A stretch of 64,000 nucleotides of DNA from an uncultured Gemmatimonadaceae bacterium (GCA_963781585.1 CAWAGQ010000008.1:192001-256000), one strand, 5' to 3'; counted from the stretch's first letter, positions 37,920 through 48,859 are shown. Numbers and translations are program-made. Notes: generated by a model not told the origin, from the letters alone.

Positions 37920-39698
37920 ATGTCTTCACGTCCGATCCGACTTGACCTCCTGGCGGTAGTGGGGATCGCGGCGGTCGCGCCTCGCGCCGCGCTCCCGGCC
38001 CAGGTGCTCGATGTCCGGCCGGTCGCGCCTCCGGCGACTGCCCCATCCCTGGGGGCCCTCCAGAATGCCCAACAGGACTTCGAGTTCTATCGACGCCAGC
38101 ATCTCCCGTCGTGGCGGAGTTGGCGCTCGCCCCAGAACGCCTGTGACGTCCGGATCGGTCGATTCTGTTACTGGTACGATGAAACCGAACCGCCCCCGCC
38201 GCCCGAACCTCGCACCATCAGCGACGCACGCACGCGGTTGATTCTCCGCCTCGACTCGGCGGGACGTGCCTTCCCGAATGACCGGTGGATATCGGGGCAG
38301 CTGGTTCGCTATTTGACCGAGTCGGGGCGATTCGACGACGCCGTGGCCGCGGCCCGCGCGTGCACGCTGCGGGAATGGTGGTGCACCGCCTTGCAGGGTT
38401 TCGCATTGCATGTCGCGGGGCGCTATGCCGCCGCTGACAGCGCCTTCACGGTCGCGACGGCCCTCATGGGACCACGCGAGAGTTGCGACTTTCGCGACAT
38501 GAAACTTCTGCTCGACGACGCCATGCTGCGGCAGTATGGCGATTCGTCGTGCACTTCCCGCCTCGCACTGGAGCGTCGCCTCTGGTGGCTGGCCAGACCG
38601 ATGCTGTCGTCGCCGGGGAACGACGCCCGCACGGAATACTACGCGCGCGAAATGATGGCGTTCTTTGTTGCCGACGCTCCGTCGACGTACCAGTCGGACT
38701 ACGCCGGCGACGAGCGGGAAATGCTCCTGCGCTACGGCTGGCCCACCGCCTGGAGCCGACGCGGTGAGTCGGGCGGCGCCTGGGGACCGATGCAGGTGTC
38801 GGTCGTCGGGCACGAACCCATGCCGGCGCATCCATACATCCCGGCGGAACGGGTGCTCGACAATCCGGCAGCGAGCGACTCTGCGGAATGGCGCAGCAAG
38901 GGCATTCCGCCGGTGCCTGCGCGCTACGCGCCGGCGTACGCCAAACGTCTTCTGCCCCTCGCACATCAGGAGGCCCTTTTCAGACGTGGGGACTCGGCGC
39001 TGGTGGTCGTGGCGTGGTCCGTTGCCGCAGACTCGGCGCTCTCCGCGGCGGCCCGGACGCCAGGTCAGTTGAGTGCCGCCCTCGTCCTGACCAAGGGCGA
39101 CCCGGCCGACGCGACCATCGTGCACGCGGAGCATCCCGCCGATCGCGGCGTGCTCACCGCAACGGCCGCGTGGGGATCCATGCTGATGAGCACCGAGGTT
39201 GCCGCCCCCGCGCGAAAGACGCTGGCGCGCGCGCGCTACGGCGTGCGCGGCAGTGACCAGCCCAATTCGCGGGTGCAGATCTCCGACCTGCTCCTGTTCG
39301 ATCCGTACGACGGGATGCCGAATCGTCTCGAGGACGCGCTGCCTCACATGCTCGCGTCACGTCGGATCCCCCGTGGCGGCCGCGTGGGAGTCTACTGGGA
39401 GGCCTATAACACCAGCCCCGCGGGTGAACAGATCGCCGTGTCCATCACCGTTGCGCCCCAGGACGCATCCGGAGGATGGCTCCGGCGTGGACTCATCGCC
39501 CTGCGCCTCGTCCGCGAGGCGAAGCCGGTGACCGTTGGTATTCAGGACGTGTCGGCCAGAGGGACCTCCCTGTCGCCACGATCGGTCGTCGTGGACCTCT
39601 CGACGCTGGGGCCCGGTGTCTACCTGATGGAGCTCGAGTTGGATGCGGGTGCTGGGAATGTCGTCCGGGCGGAAAAGGTGATCACGGTGGAGAGGTAA
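37920..39698 (+). CDS. Hypothetical exported protein (TPR-like, GWxTD-like and Ig-like C-terminus)
   Basis: Signal peptide. CDVRIGRFCYWYD, NDARTEYYAR, LLRYGWP. C-terminal beta-sandwich LSTLGPGVYLMELEL. Confidence 0.7.
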   Translation: MSSRPIRLDLLAVVGIAAVAPRAALPAQVLDVRPVAPPATAPSLGALQNAQQDFEFYRRQHLPSWRSWRSPQNACDVRIGRFCYWYDETEPPPPPEPRTISDARTRLILRLDSAGRAFPNDRWISGQLVRYLTESGRFDDAVAAARACTLREWWCTALQGFALHVAGRYAAADSAFTVATALMGPRESCDFRDMKLLLDDAMLRQYGDSSCTSRLALERRLWWLARPMLSSPGNDARTEYYAREMMAFFVADAPSTYQSDYAGDEREMLLRYGWPTAWSRRGESGGAWGPMQVSVVGHEPMPAHPYIPAERVLDNPAASDSAEWRSKGIPPVPARYAPAYAKRLLPLAHQEALFRRGDSALVVVAWSVAADSALSAAARTPGQLSAALVLTKGDPADATIVHAEHPADRGVLTATAAWGSMLMSTEVAAPARKTLARARYGVRGSDQPNSRVQISDLLLFDPYDGMPNRLEDALPHMLASRRIPRGGRVGVYWEAYNTSPAGEQIAVSITVAPQDASGGWLRRGLIALRLVREAKPVTVGIQDVSARGTSLSPRSVVVDLSTLGPGVYLMELELDAGAGNVVRAEKVITVER

Positions 39699-39856
39699 GG
39701 GACTCGGTCACCGAAGCCGATGTCCGGCGCGAGCGACTCGGATGCGCCCCGCGAGCGCACCGACCAGCAAACCGCTATGCTTTACGCGCTCGCATCTCCC
39801 TGTTCGTTGAGCTCGCGTGTTGATCCTGGTCCTCGCCCCTTCCCCATTTCTCCACC

Positions 39857-42800
39857 ATGCCGCGCTCGCCATTGCTCCGATCCATCGCCATCGCTGCACT
39901 CGTGACCCCCACGGTCTCGCCCGTGTTCGCACAGAATGCCGTGATGCCATTCCAGTTCGACTCCACGACCATTGCCTCGTTCCGATGGCGCAACGTCGGG
40001 CCGGCGAACACGCTCGGGCGTATCTCCGACGTGACCGGGATTCCCTCTCCCTCCAAGACGTTTTTCGCCGCGGCTGCGGGAGGAGGGATCTGGAAGTCGA
40101 CCAACAACGGCGTGACCTGGCGTCCGGTCTTCGATACCCAGCGCGTGGTGGCGATGGGCATGCTCGCGATCGCACCGAGTGACACCATGCAGGTGTGGGC
40201 CGGCACCGGCGAGCCGAACTCCCGGAACACGATCTCACCTGGAGGCGGTGTCTACAAGTCGATCGACGGCGGCATCACCTGGAAGCTGATGGGGCTCGAG
40301 CGGACCCAGGCCATCGGTCGCATTGTGGTCCATCCCACCAACCCGGATATCGTCTACGTCGCCGCGTTAGGCGCGCCGTGGAACGCCAGTCCCGAGCGCG
40401 GGCTCTACAAGACCACGGACGGCGGGCAGACGTGGCAGCTGGTGAAGTTCATTTCCGACAAGGCCGGAGTGGTGGATGTCGCGCTCGACCCGGCCAATCC
40501 CGATGTGGTCTGGGCCGCCAGCTGGCAACGGGTGCGTGGCCCGTACTTCCTGAATTCCGGCGGACCGGGCTCGGCACTGTGGAAGTCGGCCGATGCCGGC
40601 AGGACCTGGACCGAGGTCAAGGGCGGCGGCTTCCCCGAAACCACCAAAGGGCGCATCTCCATCGCCATTGCGCTCTCGAATCCGAAGACCATGTACACCA
40701 TGGTCGAAGCCGATACGGCGCCTAACGCCAAGCCGGCACCCGGGAAGCCGCGACAGGAGTCGCCCAGTGGGCTGTACCGTTCCGACGACGGCGGCGCCAC
40801 CTGGAACCGCACCAGCAACCAGAATACGCGGCCGTTCTACTACTCACAGGCGCGTGTCCACCCGAAGAACCCCGATCGTGTGTACTGGTCGTCCACTCCG
40901 GTGCTTGTCTCGAACGACGGCGGACGCACCCCGATCAATGCGACGGTCGGCATCCACGTCGATCACCACGCGATGTGGATCGATCCCATCGATCCCGACC
41001 GCATGATCGTTGGCGACGACGGAGGCGTCGCCATCTCGTTCGACCAGGGCGGAACGTATGTCTTCCCCAACGTCTTCCCCATCGGGCAGCTCTATAACAT
41101 CAGCTTCGACATGCAGGTGCCGTACCGCGTCTGCGGGGGCCTCCAGGACAACGGATCGTGGTGCGGGCCCAGCCGGCGCCGGCAGGGCCCCATCACCAAC
41201 AGCATGTGGTTCAACGTCGGCGGTGGAGATGGGTTCGTTACCCAGCAGGACCCCAACGACCCCAACACCATCTACAGCGAATCACAGGGGGGATCGGTGG
41301 GGCGCCTGAACTACGCGACCGGAGAACGGGTCAGCCTCGTGAAGCCGCAGTGGCGCCCTGCGTACGACGTGTGGGAGGATTCCCTCCTCGTCGACTTCCC
41401 GGATACCACCAGGCCGGCGACCAGGGCGCAGAAGAAGCAGGTGGCCGATATCCGCGCCCGTCAGCGCGCCGATTCCACCGCCCTCGACCTGCGCTGGAAC
41501 TGGAATTCGCCCTATTTCATTTCCCCGCACAACCCGCAGACGCTGTACTTCGGCGCGAATCGGGTACTCAAATCCACGAAGCGGGGCGATGACATGTTTC
41601 CGATCTCGCCCGATCTCACCACCGCGGACACCATGAAGATCCGCGTCTCGATGAGAACCACCGGCGGCATCACCAACGACGCCACCGGCGCCGAGACCTA
41701 TTGCACGATCGTCTCGCTCAACGAGTCGCCGATCCGGCCGGGGATCTTGTTCGCCGGCACCGACGACGGCCGCGTCTGGATCAGCCGCAACGACGGTGGC
41801 GCATGGGAAGAACTCACCGGGCGCTTCCCGGGAGTCCCGGCCGGCACCTACGTCACGCGCATCGAGCCGTCACCGCACGATTCGATGACCTTCTTCGTCA
41901 CCTTCGACAACCACCGGAACGGCGACTTTACACCCTACGCATACCTGACGACGGACTTCGGCAGGACCTTCAGGTCGATCGTCGCAAACCTGCCCAGAGG
42001 GGGGCCGGATTACGTCCACGTCATCCGACAGGACCTCGTCAACAGGAACCTCCTCTTCCTCGGCACCGATGTCGGCGCATATGTCTCGGCAAACCTGGGA
42101 CAGACGTGGCAGCGATTCATGACCGGACTGCCCACTGTGCCGGTACACGATCTCCGCATTCACCCGCGCGATCACGAGTTGATCGCGGCAACTCACGGTC
42201 GTGGAATCTGGATCGTCGACATCTCGGCGCTCGAGCAGGTCACCCCCCAGGTCATGACCCAGGATGTCCATCTGTTCGAAGCACTCACCTCGTACGAGTT
42301 CGGCGATGTGCCCGTGGAGGGACAGTCCACCGGGAACATGGTCTTCGAGGGAACGAGCTCGCCCTACGGCGTTGTCATCGCGTATCGACTGGCTGCGCGC
42401 CAGTCACCAGTCCGCGTGGCGATCATCGACGCCGCCGGCGACACGATGCAGGTGCTCAACGGACCGGGGGCGCCCGGAATCAACCGCGTCGCGTGGGGGT
42501 TCCAGGGCAAGCCACCAAAGCGTCCGCCGCTGTCCATAGCGCAACACCGTGACTCAGTCGCACAGATGGAGCGGATCGTGTTTGTGCTCGATTCCCTCGA
42601 GAAGGCTGGCATGAACACGATGATGCTCGGGATGATGCGGCAACTGGCGAAGACCGGCGACCTCACGCCGATGTTCGAAATGTTCGGCGGGGGCGGACGC
42701 GCAGCGGGACCGGGGGGCTTCGGACCGCCACCGCCATGGAACCCAAGGCCGGCAGAGCAGGCAGGCCGTGGGGGTGGTCGCGGCGGCGCCGCAGGCGGCG

Positions 42801-43096
42801 GTCGTGCGGGCGGGGCCGGTACGCCCGGCATGGATCAGAACGGTCTCCTCCAGGTGATCCAGCTCTTCCAGCTTCCTGGAAAGCCCGCTGCCAGTGGATT
42901 CGCGGCCTTCAACTTCCTCACCAATCTTGGCCTTGGACCCGTCGGCTTCGGCGGCGCAGCGGGTGGCGGGGCCGTGGCGCCCGGTGACTACGTCGTCTCC
43001 CTGACGGCTGGCGGCCAGACGATGCGGCAGAAGGTCCGGGTTGAGCGCGCGAACACCACGGGAGCTGTGACCTCGCCTTTCCAGGAGCGGCCCTGA
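39857..43096 (+). CDS. BNR/Asp-box repeat (VPS10/sialidase-like) glycosyl-hydrolase-like secreted protein
   Basis: WRNVGPAN, repeated SxDGGxTW Asp-boxes, HVDHHAMWIDP, GGLQDNGSW, ATHGRGIW. Confidence 0.9.
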   Translation: MPRSPLLRSIAIAALVTPTVSPVFAQNAVMPFQFDSTTIASFRWRNVGPANTLGRISDVTGIPSPSKTFFAAAAGGGIWKSTNNGVTWRPVFDTQRVVAMGMLAIAPSDTMQVWAGTGEPNSRNTISPGGGVYKSIDGGITWKLMGLERTQAIGRIVVHPTNPDIVYVAALGAPWNASPERGLYKTTDGGQTWQLVKFISDKAGVVDVALDPANPDVVWAASWQRVRGPYFLNSGGPGSALWKSADAGRTWTEVKGGGFPETTKGRISIAIALSNPKTMYTMVEADTAPNAKPAPGKPRQESPSGLYRSDDGGATWNRTSNQNTRPFYYSQARVHPKNPDRVYWSSTPVLVSNDGGRTPINATVGIHVDHHAMWIDPIDPDRMIVGDDGGVAISFDQGGTYVFPNVFPIGQLYNISFDMQVPYRVCGGLQDNGSWCGPSRRRQGPITNSMWFNVGGGDGFVTQQDPNDPNTIYSESQGGSVGRLNYATGERVSLVKPQWRPAYDVWEDSLLVDFPDTTRPATRAQKKQVADIRARQRADSTALDLRWNWNSPYFISPHNPQTLYFGANRVLKSTKRGDDMFPISPDLTTADTMKIRVSMRTTGGITNDATGAETYCTIVSLNESPIRPGILFAGTDDGRVWISRNDGGAWEELTGRFPGVPAGTYVTRIEPSPHDSMTFFVTFDNHRNGDFTPYAYLTTDFGRTFRSIVANLPRGGPDYVHVIRQDLVNRNLLFLGTDVGAYVSANLGQTWQRFMTGLPTVPVHDLRIHPRDHELIAATHGRGIWIVDISALEQVTPQVMTQDVHLFEALTSYEFGDVPVEGQSTGNMVFEGTSSPYGVVIAYRLAARQSPVRVAIIDAAGDTMQVLNGPGAPGINRVAWGFQGKPPKRPPLSIAQHRDSVAQMERIVFVLDSLEKAGMNTMMLGMMRQLAKTGDLTPMFEMFGGGGRAAGPGGFGPPPPWNPRPAEQAGRGGGRGGAAGGGRAGGAGTPGMDQNGLLQVIQLFQLPGKPAASGFAAFNFLTNLGLGPVGFGGAAGGGAVAPGDYVVSLTAGGQTMRQKVRVERANTTGAVTSPFQERP

Positions 43097-43334
43097 ACGC
43101 TGTGCCTGAGCGCGTGTCACCCCTCGCTCGTCGTGGCGAAACGACGCACCCAGGCGGTGCGTCGGGACGGGCGTGGGTCATGGTAGCTGGCTGGTGTGGG
43201 CTGTCTGCGGGCGGAGGGTTGCACCCTCACAGCTGATAGCGGTCCGCTGATGGTTGATCGCTGCTGTTCACAGCAGCTAGCGGGTATCTTGCTACCAATC
43301 GGCCCATGCCGGGGTATCCCGGCGGGGGCCGGAC

Positions 43335-43382
43335 TGTCACTGGCCATGTGGGGGCCAATTTGTCACTGGCCATGTGGGGGCC
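43335..43382. repeat. Direct repeat, 22 bp x2, period 26 bp
   Basis: TGTCACTGGCCATGTGGGGGCC at 43335-43356 and 43361-43382. Confidence 0.95.
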
Positions 43383-43433
43383 GGTTTGGCAATCTTGGAA
43401 GTATCCGCGAACCCGCAGCCCGATCAGCTCGAG

Positions 43434-45068
43434 ATGTCAGCACTTGCCTCGTATCGCCAATCGCGCACATCGCCGTTCGGACGGCGCGTGGCGTCCGCAC
43501 TGCTTGCCGCGTTGTTCTTGGGCGCCACGGGCAGTCTCGGCGCGCAGGGCGGCAAGCCCCCTGCCAGGCCTCCCGCACGTCCCGCGGCACCCAAGCCAAC
43601 CACAGCACCGGACAGTGCCCGGCCGCAGCCGGACAGCCTCGCTTCCCAGGCGGCGCCGCCTTCGGCCGCGCTTGCCTCGATCAGCGGCAGCGTCTACGAC
43701 AGCGTGCACATGGCCCCGCTGCAGAGCGCAGTAGTGCACGTTGTGGGCACTGCCCGTATGTCGTTCACGAACGAAACGGGACACTATCGCATCGACAGCG
43801 TTCCGCCGGGAATGCGCCGGGTGGGTGTTGAACACGCGCTGCTGGATTCCATTGGCGTGACGATGGTTACGGATTCCTTTGATCTGCATGAGAGCGACAA
43901 CAAGATCCTCGATCTCGCCGTACCCTCGAGCGAGACGATGGTCGCCGTGTCCTGTCCGCCCGCCCGGCGTGCGTTAGGCCCGACGGCAATAATCGGCCGG
44001 CTGCTCGATGCCGACACCGATGCTCCTGTAGCCGGCAGCCGCGTCTCGTTTGCCTGGTCGGAGATCTCCATCACCTCCGGGTTGCGCCGTGTTCCCCGCG
44101 TAATGGACGCCACCACGGGCAAGGATGGCGTCTTCCGGATCTGCGGCCTCCCGAAGGAAGTCGAGGGGACGCTGCAAGCCGAGATGAAGGGCATCACCAC
44201 CGCCGAGGTGCCAATCAAGATCGAGGCGACGGCGCTGAGGATTCAGGGACTGCGCATCGGCAACGCGAAGACGGTCGCGCAGGTGGACAGCGACAGCACC
44301 TCGAAGCCAAAGACCGACGACAAGGTCACCGGCCAGCGCTTTTCGGCGCTCAACATGCAGCGGGGCAATGCCGTCCTGCAGGGACGCGTGGTGTTTGCCA
44401 ACGGACAGCCTGTGGCAGGCGCGCGCGTGGACGTGCGTGGGGCGCCGAGCGCCACGCTGACCAAGGAGGACGGGCAGTTCACGCTCTCGGAACTGCCGTC
44501 GGGTACGCAGACGGTGATCGCACGCCAGATCGGATTCGCCCCGGTGGAAGTACCGGTCGACCTTTCGACGCGCGCCCCGCGGAACGTGACCATCACGATG
44601 AGCAAGCCGGCGGCGCAACCGCTTCCCACCGTGGAGGTGAAGGCCGAACAGGACAAGGGGCTTATAAACCTCGGCTTCCTGTCACGACAGCGCGTGGGCA
44701 ATGGATACTTCGTTACCGGCGAGGATGTCATGAAACGCGCACCCAACGTGCTTACCGACGTGTTCCGGACCATTCCGTTGCTGCGCGTGACACCCGGCGG
44801 AGCGTACGGAAACGAGTACATTGTCGAGGAGACACGCCGGCAGGGCTTGACCAGTTGCGTGCGGTACGTGGTGGACAACGCGCCGTGGGAAGCCCTCTAC
44901 CCGGGTGATCTCGACCGCCTCATGCCTCCGTGGGAAGTCGGCGCCATCGAGGTCTACTCATCGGCAAGCGTGCCGATCCAGTTCACCGGCGCCGGTCAGT
45001 CGGCCTGTACGGTCATCGTGATATGGTCGAAGTCCAGCGTCGACGCGGCGGGCAGGCGGAAGAAGTAG
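43434..45068 (+). CDS. Exported protein with three carboxypeptidase-regulatory-like domains and a C-terminal plug-like domain
   Basis: ISGSVYD...TNETGHYRI, IIGRLLD...DGVFRICGLP, LQGRVV...DGQFTL...ARQIGF, VGAIEVY...CTVIVIWSK. Confidence 0.8.
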   Translation: MSALASYRQSRTSPFGRRVASALLAALFLGATGSLGAQGGKPPARPPARPAAPKPTTAPDSARPQPDSLASQAAPPSAALASISGSVYDSVHMAPLQSAVVHVVGTARMSFTNETGHYRIDSVPPGMRRVGVEHALLDSIGVTMVTDSFDLHESDNKILDLAVPSSETMVAVSCPPARRALGPTAIIGRLLDADTDAPVAGSRVSFAWSEISITSGLRRVPRVMDATTGKDGVFRICGLPKEVEGTLQAEMKGITTAEVPIKIEATALRIQGLRIGNAKTVAQVDSDSTSKPKTDDKVTGQRFSALNMQRGNAVLQGRVVFANGQPVAGARVDVRGAPSATLTKEDGQFTLSELPSGTQTVIARQIGFAPVEVPVDLSTRAPRNVTITMSKPAAQPLPTVEVKAEQDKGLINLGFLSRQRVGNGYFVTGEDVMKRAPNVLTDVFRTIPLLRVTPGGAYGNEYIVEETRRQGLTSCVRYVVDNAPWEALYPGDLDRLMPPWEVGAIEVYSSASVPIQFTGAGQSACTVIVIWSKSSVDAAGRRKK

Positions 45069-45127
45069 TGGAGAGACACGGGTCACAGATTATGGCGTCA
45101 TAGGTCATGACTCGAGGCTGTAATGAG

Positions 45128-46030
45128 CTATGAGTTCTGAGCTATGTCCGGTCTCGTCTCTTCGTGCGGCTCCATGTGGATCAGCACGCCCTGCACCGCC
45201 GGAATCTCGCCCATGATTGCCCGCTTCACCTTGCCGCTCACGATGTGAGCGTCGTGGAGTGACATCTCCGGTGCCGCCTGCACGTGGAGGTCAACGAAGT
45301 ACCCCGGTCCGGCGCGTCGCACCTTGAGCTTTTCGATGGCCTGAACGTCGTCCACGCCGCGTGATATCCGTGTGATGCGCTCGAGCAGTTCCGGCTCGGC
45401 GGTTCGGTCCATGAGTGCCTGTACGGCGGGTCGAATGAGTCGGGTCGCACTCCATCCGATCACCGCAGATGCGGCGAGAGCCGCCCAGTCGTCGGCAGAC
45501 TCCCACCCGGGACCCTTCCACAGCGCGATGCTGATGCCGATGAACGCTGCCGCCGAGGTCAGCGCGTCGCTGCGATGGTGCCAGGCGTCCGCGGTGATAG
45601 CCGCACTGCCCACGTCTCTGCCGACGGCGGCCACCCGGCGATAGAGAACCTCTTTCACCACCACCACGCCTACCAGTACCACCAGCGTGAATGGCGCTGG
45701 CGCGTGCTGCGGAGTGATGATCTCGCGGACGGCTTCGATCGCGATGCCCGCGGCCGCGCCGAACATCATCAGCGAAACCGTCGCGGCTGCCAGGGATTCG
45801 GCCTTGCCGTAGCCGAAGGGATACACATCGTCCGCTTCACGCGACGCGATGCGCAGACCGCTCCACACGATCACCGACGACAGGATGTCGCCGGTGGACT
45901 CCACGCCGTCGGCGATCAGCGCATAGGAGTTCCCCACCACACCGGCGACGAGCTTGAAGACCGCGAGCGCGGCGTTGATGAGGAGCCCGAGTTGGGCGAA
46001 TCGGATGCCGCGGGCGATGTCGAGGGGCAT
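45128..46030 (-). CDS. Cation diffusion facilitator (FieF-like) transporter
   Basis: ALIADGVES, YPFGYGKAE, ADAWHHRSD, VDLHV, VLIHMEP. Confidence 0.93.
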   Translation of the reverse strand: MPLDIARGIRFAQLGLLINAALAVFKLVAGVVGNSYALIADGVESTGDILSSVIVWSGLRIASREADDVYPFGYGKAESLAAATVSLMMFGAAAGIAIEAVREIITPQHAPAPFTLVVLVGVVVVKEVLYRRVAAVGRDVGSAAITADAWHHRSDALTSAAAFIGISIALWKGPGWESADDWAALAASAVIGWSATRLIRPAVQALMDRTAEPELLERITRISRGVDDVQAIEKLKVRRAGPGYFVDLHVQAAPEMSLHDAHIVSGKVKRAIMGEIPAVQGVLIHMEPHEETRPDIAQNS

Positions 46031-46136
46031 GGTGCGCGACGTGGCCGGTGTGTAATGGCCCGCGCATGGCAGCCTGGCAAGGGAGTCCCCACGGTGTGGG
46101 GGACGGTCACCTGTGTCCGAGTCTCGGTTCCAACGA

Positions 46137-46170
46137 CGCGGTGAACCGGGTCAACCCCCGGTTCACCGCG
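46137..46170 (-). terminator. Perfect 14-bp hairpin downstream of the beta-barrel gene
   Basis: CGCGGTGAACCGGG-TCAACC-CCCGGTTCACCGCG, 13 nt past the 46184 stop. Weak U tail. Confidence 0.7.
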
Positions 46171-46183
46171 AAACGCACAGCCT

Positions 46184-46783
46184 CTACTGTCCGCCCTTCA
46201 TCTTGAAGGTCAGCCCGACGTTGAGCGTGGCAGCGCCGGCTCCCACGTCCCCGTAGAGCGCCATGCTCGAACTCATGAAGTAGCGCGCGCCGGCCCGGCC
46301 GATGAAGTAAATGCCGGAGGAGTACGCCCCGCAGTAATTCGCCAGCGCCCCGGAGCAGCTCACGACTTCAAAACCCAGACCCAACCCGATAAAGGGATCG
46401 AACTTGGTGTTGTTCTCGAGGTGGAAATGGTAGTTGGCCGTGGCGCCGATCGGGATGTAGCTGACACTGCAGTCATAGGGCTTGCAGCCATTCCAGTGCC
46501 ACCAGTCGGCGCTCACCTCGATACCCAGGACGCCGTTGCTCAAACTCGGAAGCGTCTTGATGCCATGTTCAAATCTGCCGCCCAGCGAGATACTGGCCGA
46601 GCCGATGCCGCCCAGGCCGATCACCGGGCCAATGTCCGTGTAGCCGGGTCTGAAGCCTCCTCCGGCAGACGCGCCTTGCGCCGCCGCCGCTGTGCTCCCG
46701 CGACTTGCCTGTGCGTGGGTCGTCGAGTTGAGCACGAAAGTCAGTGCGGCTGCGACACCCAATAAACGCGTCATTCTCGGCAT
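46184..46783 (-). CDS. Small outer-membrane beta-barrel protein
   Basis: GGAGGAG RBS. Signal peptide. IGATANYHF, FDPFIGLGLG, AGARYF, NVGLTF. Confidence 0.85.
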   Translation of the reverse strand: MPRMTRLLGVAAALTFVLNSTTHAQASRGSTAAAAQGASAGGGFRPGYTDIGPVIGLGGIGSASISLGGRFEHGIKTLPSLSNGVLGIEVSADWWHWNGCKPYDCSVSYIPIGATANYHFHLENNTKFDPFIGLGLGFEVVSCSGALANYCGAYSSGIYFIGRAGARYFMSSSMALYGDVGAGAATLNVGLTFKMKGGQ

Positions 46784-47111
46784 CTCTCGCTCCTCCTCGA
46801 CATGAGTGGAAAGGTGCGAGGATCCAACCACGCACCCAGGGGGCATATGTGACGGTTTTAACGGCCCTCACAATACAGTGCGAAAGACCAGTTCGCCACT
46901 CGTCATTTTTCGGCGAATCAGTGTCGTGTCGGAGTCCTCGACCTTCCCTATGCGCAAGATGTCAGGCAATACCCTCAACCCGTGACCGCCAGGTGTTCGC
47001 GCGGACCCCTGGGGCCGGCCATGTCACCCGAGTCGGTTTGTTCGGCCCCGAGACACTTCCTGCGTGATCGCCCTGCCGCCGCGCCACGCGCGGTGAGTCA
47101 TGGGCTGTGGC

Positions 47112-48560
47112 CTACTCCACCACTCGCTTCACGATCGTCCCGGCAGCGAAGGTCGTGCTTACCTCCACACCGTTGATGAGCGCCACGTCAGCAAGGGGAA
47201 TGACCGACGGGTAGGTCTGATTGAACTCAGTCACCGTCATCGCCCTCGGCAACGTCACGAGCGTGATGCGCTGAGGCTTCACGTTCAGTGCCTGCGGATC
47301 GGTCAGTTGCTGAAATGAGGAAATGGCCTGTCGGAGCGCTGCGTCGTACTGGTTCTCCAGCGCCGTCGTGGAATAGCCGAGGATCCTGTAGGTGGTCCCG
47401 TTCAGGCTCACGAACGCCACCCATCCGCTCAGGCTCCCCTGATCCGTCTGGGCACTGAACGAGCCGAGCGACGACGGCAGACCGTTGATGCTCGATGTCC
47501 CGGTCTGCTGTCCGCTCAGTCCTTGCTGGCCCAGGAAAGTTGTCAGGGCCTCGGACGGAGGCGTGGTCCCTGCCAGCGACAGCACGAGCACCGCATCCTG
47601 CGCCGGGCTGACCCCAACCACCTGGTCGGCCTGATTCGCGGTCTTCCATCCGCCCGGAAAATCAAGGCGGAATCGCAGCGTGGGGTGGAGAAACGTCGTG
47701 CCCCGGAAGTATCCCTGACGTGGATCCTCCCCGAAAACGATTCCACTCAGGTGCTGGAGGTACTGGTCGCGGTCGATCTTCAGCCCGCTCGGCAGCGGAC
47801 TCGCTGCGGCGATTCGCTGCTCCGTCTTCGCGACCCGGTTGCCGGGATCCGGATGGGTCGACAGCCAGCCCGGGGTCTTTCCACCGCTCGCGTTGCTGAT
47901 GCGCTCCAGGGTCTGGAACATCTGCTCCATGGCGTGCGGGTCGTAATGCGCCTGGAGCGTGTAGCGGAATCCCAGCTCGTCGGCCTGCGTTTCCTGGTCG
48001 CGGCTGAACTTCAGGAACAGGACGCCCATCGCCTCACTGGCCAGGTTGCCGAACTGCTGGAGTTCCGGACTCACGATCATGCCGACCCCGAGGGCAAGCC
48101 CGGCGATCTGCTGCCGCGACATTTCGTGCACCTGATGCTTCGCGGTGATATGCCCTGTTTCATGTCCCAGCACCGACACCAGCTGGGCTTCCGAATTCGC
48201 GTAGGTCAGCAGGCCTCTGGTGACGAACACCGGACCGCCGGGCAGCGCAAAGGCGTTCACCGACGCATCCTCGACCACCTGGTACGACCAGGGCAGGCCC
48301 GGACGCTCCGATTTCGGGCCGAGCATCATGCCTAACGACGAAACGTAGGCCTGCAGTGTCTGATCGTCGGTGAGTCCGATGGTCTGCGCCACTTCCTGTT
48401 TCCCCTGCTGACCGAGGGTGATCTCGTCCGACTCCGAGATCAGAGACAGCTCGCGCTTCCCGGTCACCGGGTTGGTCGCGCACGCCGCCACGGCGAGGGC
48501 CAACGCGGTGCAGCGAAACGCGGGACGGACCAGCGGGCCGGAGCCCTGAGACGTGCGCAT
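47112..48560 (-). CDS. M48 family zinc metalloprotease lipoprotein
   Basis: Lipobox VAAC-ATNPVTG, VNAFALPGG, HETGH, FSRDQETQAD, STHP. Degenerate LysM-like C-terminus. Confidence 0.93.
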   Translation of the reverse strand: MRTSQGSGPLVRPAFRCTALALAVAACATNPVTGKRELSLISESDEITLGQQGKQEVAQTIGLTDDQTLQAYVSSLGMMLGPKSERPGLPWSYQVVEDASVNAFALPGGPVFVTRGLLTYANSEAQLVSVLGHETGHITAKHQVHEMSRQQIAGLALGVGMIVSPELQQFGNLASEAMGVLFLKFSRDQETQADELGFRYTLQAHYDPHAMEQMFQTLERISNASGGKTPGWLSTHPDPGNRVAKTEQRIAAASPLPSGLKIDRDQYLQHLSGIVFGEDPRQGYFRGTTFLHPTLRFRLDFPGGWKTANQADQVVGVSPAQDAVLVLSLAGTTPPSEALTTFLGQQGLSGQQTGTSSINGLPSSLGSFSAQTDQGSLSGWVAFVSLNGTTYRILGYSTTALENQYDAALRQAISSFQQLTDPQALNVKPQRITLVTLPRAMTVTEFNQTYPSVIPLADVALINGVEVSTTFAAGTIVKRVVE

Positions 48561-48859
48561 CGTGACCTCGTGCAGTTTGGGCTTGCGCGAACGCGAACGA
48601 AAGAACGGCGTGTGCGGCGCCGGGCCTGACCGGTGCCGTGTGCGGATCCGCGCGGACGAGCGCGTCGGCCGCGTTAGCCACCACTACGATACTACGATCC
48701 CGGGTCGAGTTCCGCCTCCGGGTTGACACGGCTCCATCCGGCGACCGGGAATGTACATCACACTCCGCGACGGACTCGTGCGATCTCGGTCCGCCGACGG
48801 CCAATCTTCCGCTCCGGCCTGCTGCGGCCTACGTTGGATCGACCTCGACCTTCCTCATC

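Noticed and set aside
43335..43382. Possible mini-CRISPR
   Set aside because: Only two repeats, a 4-nt spacer and no cas genes. Kept as a plain direct repeat.
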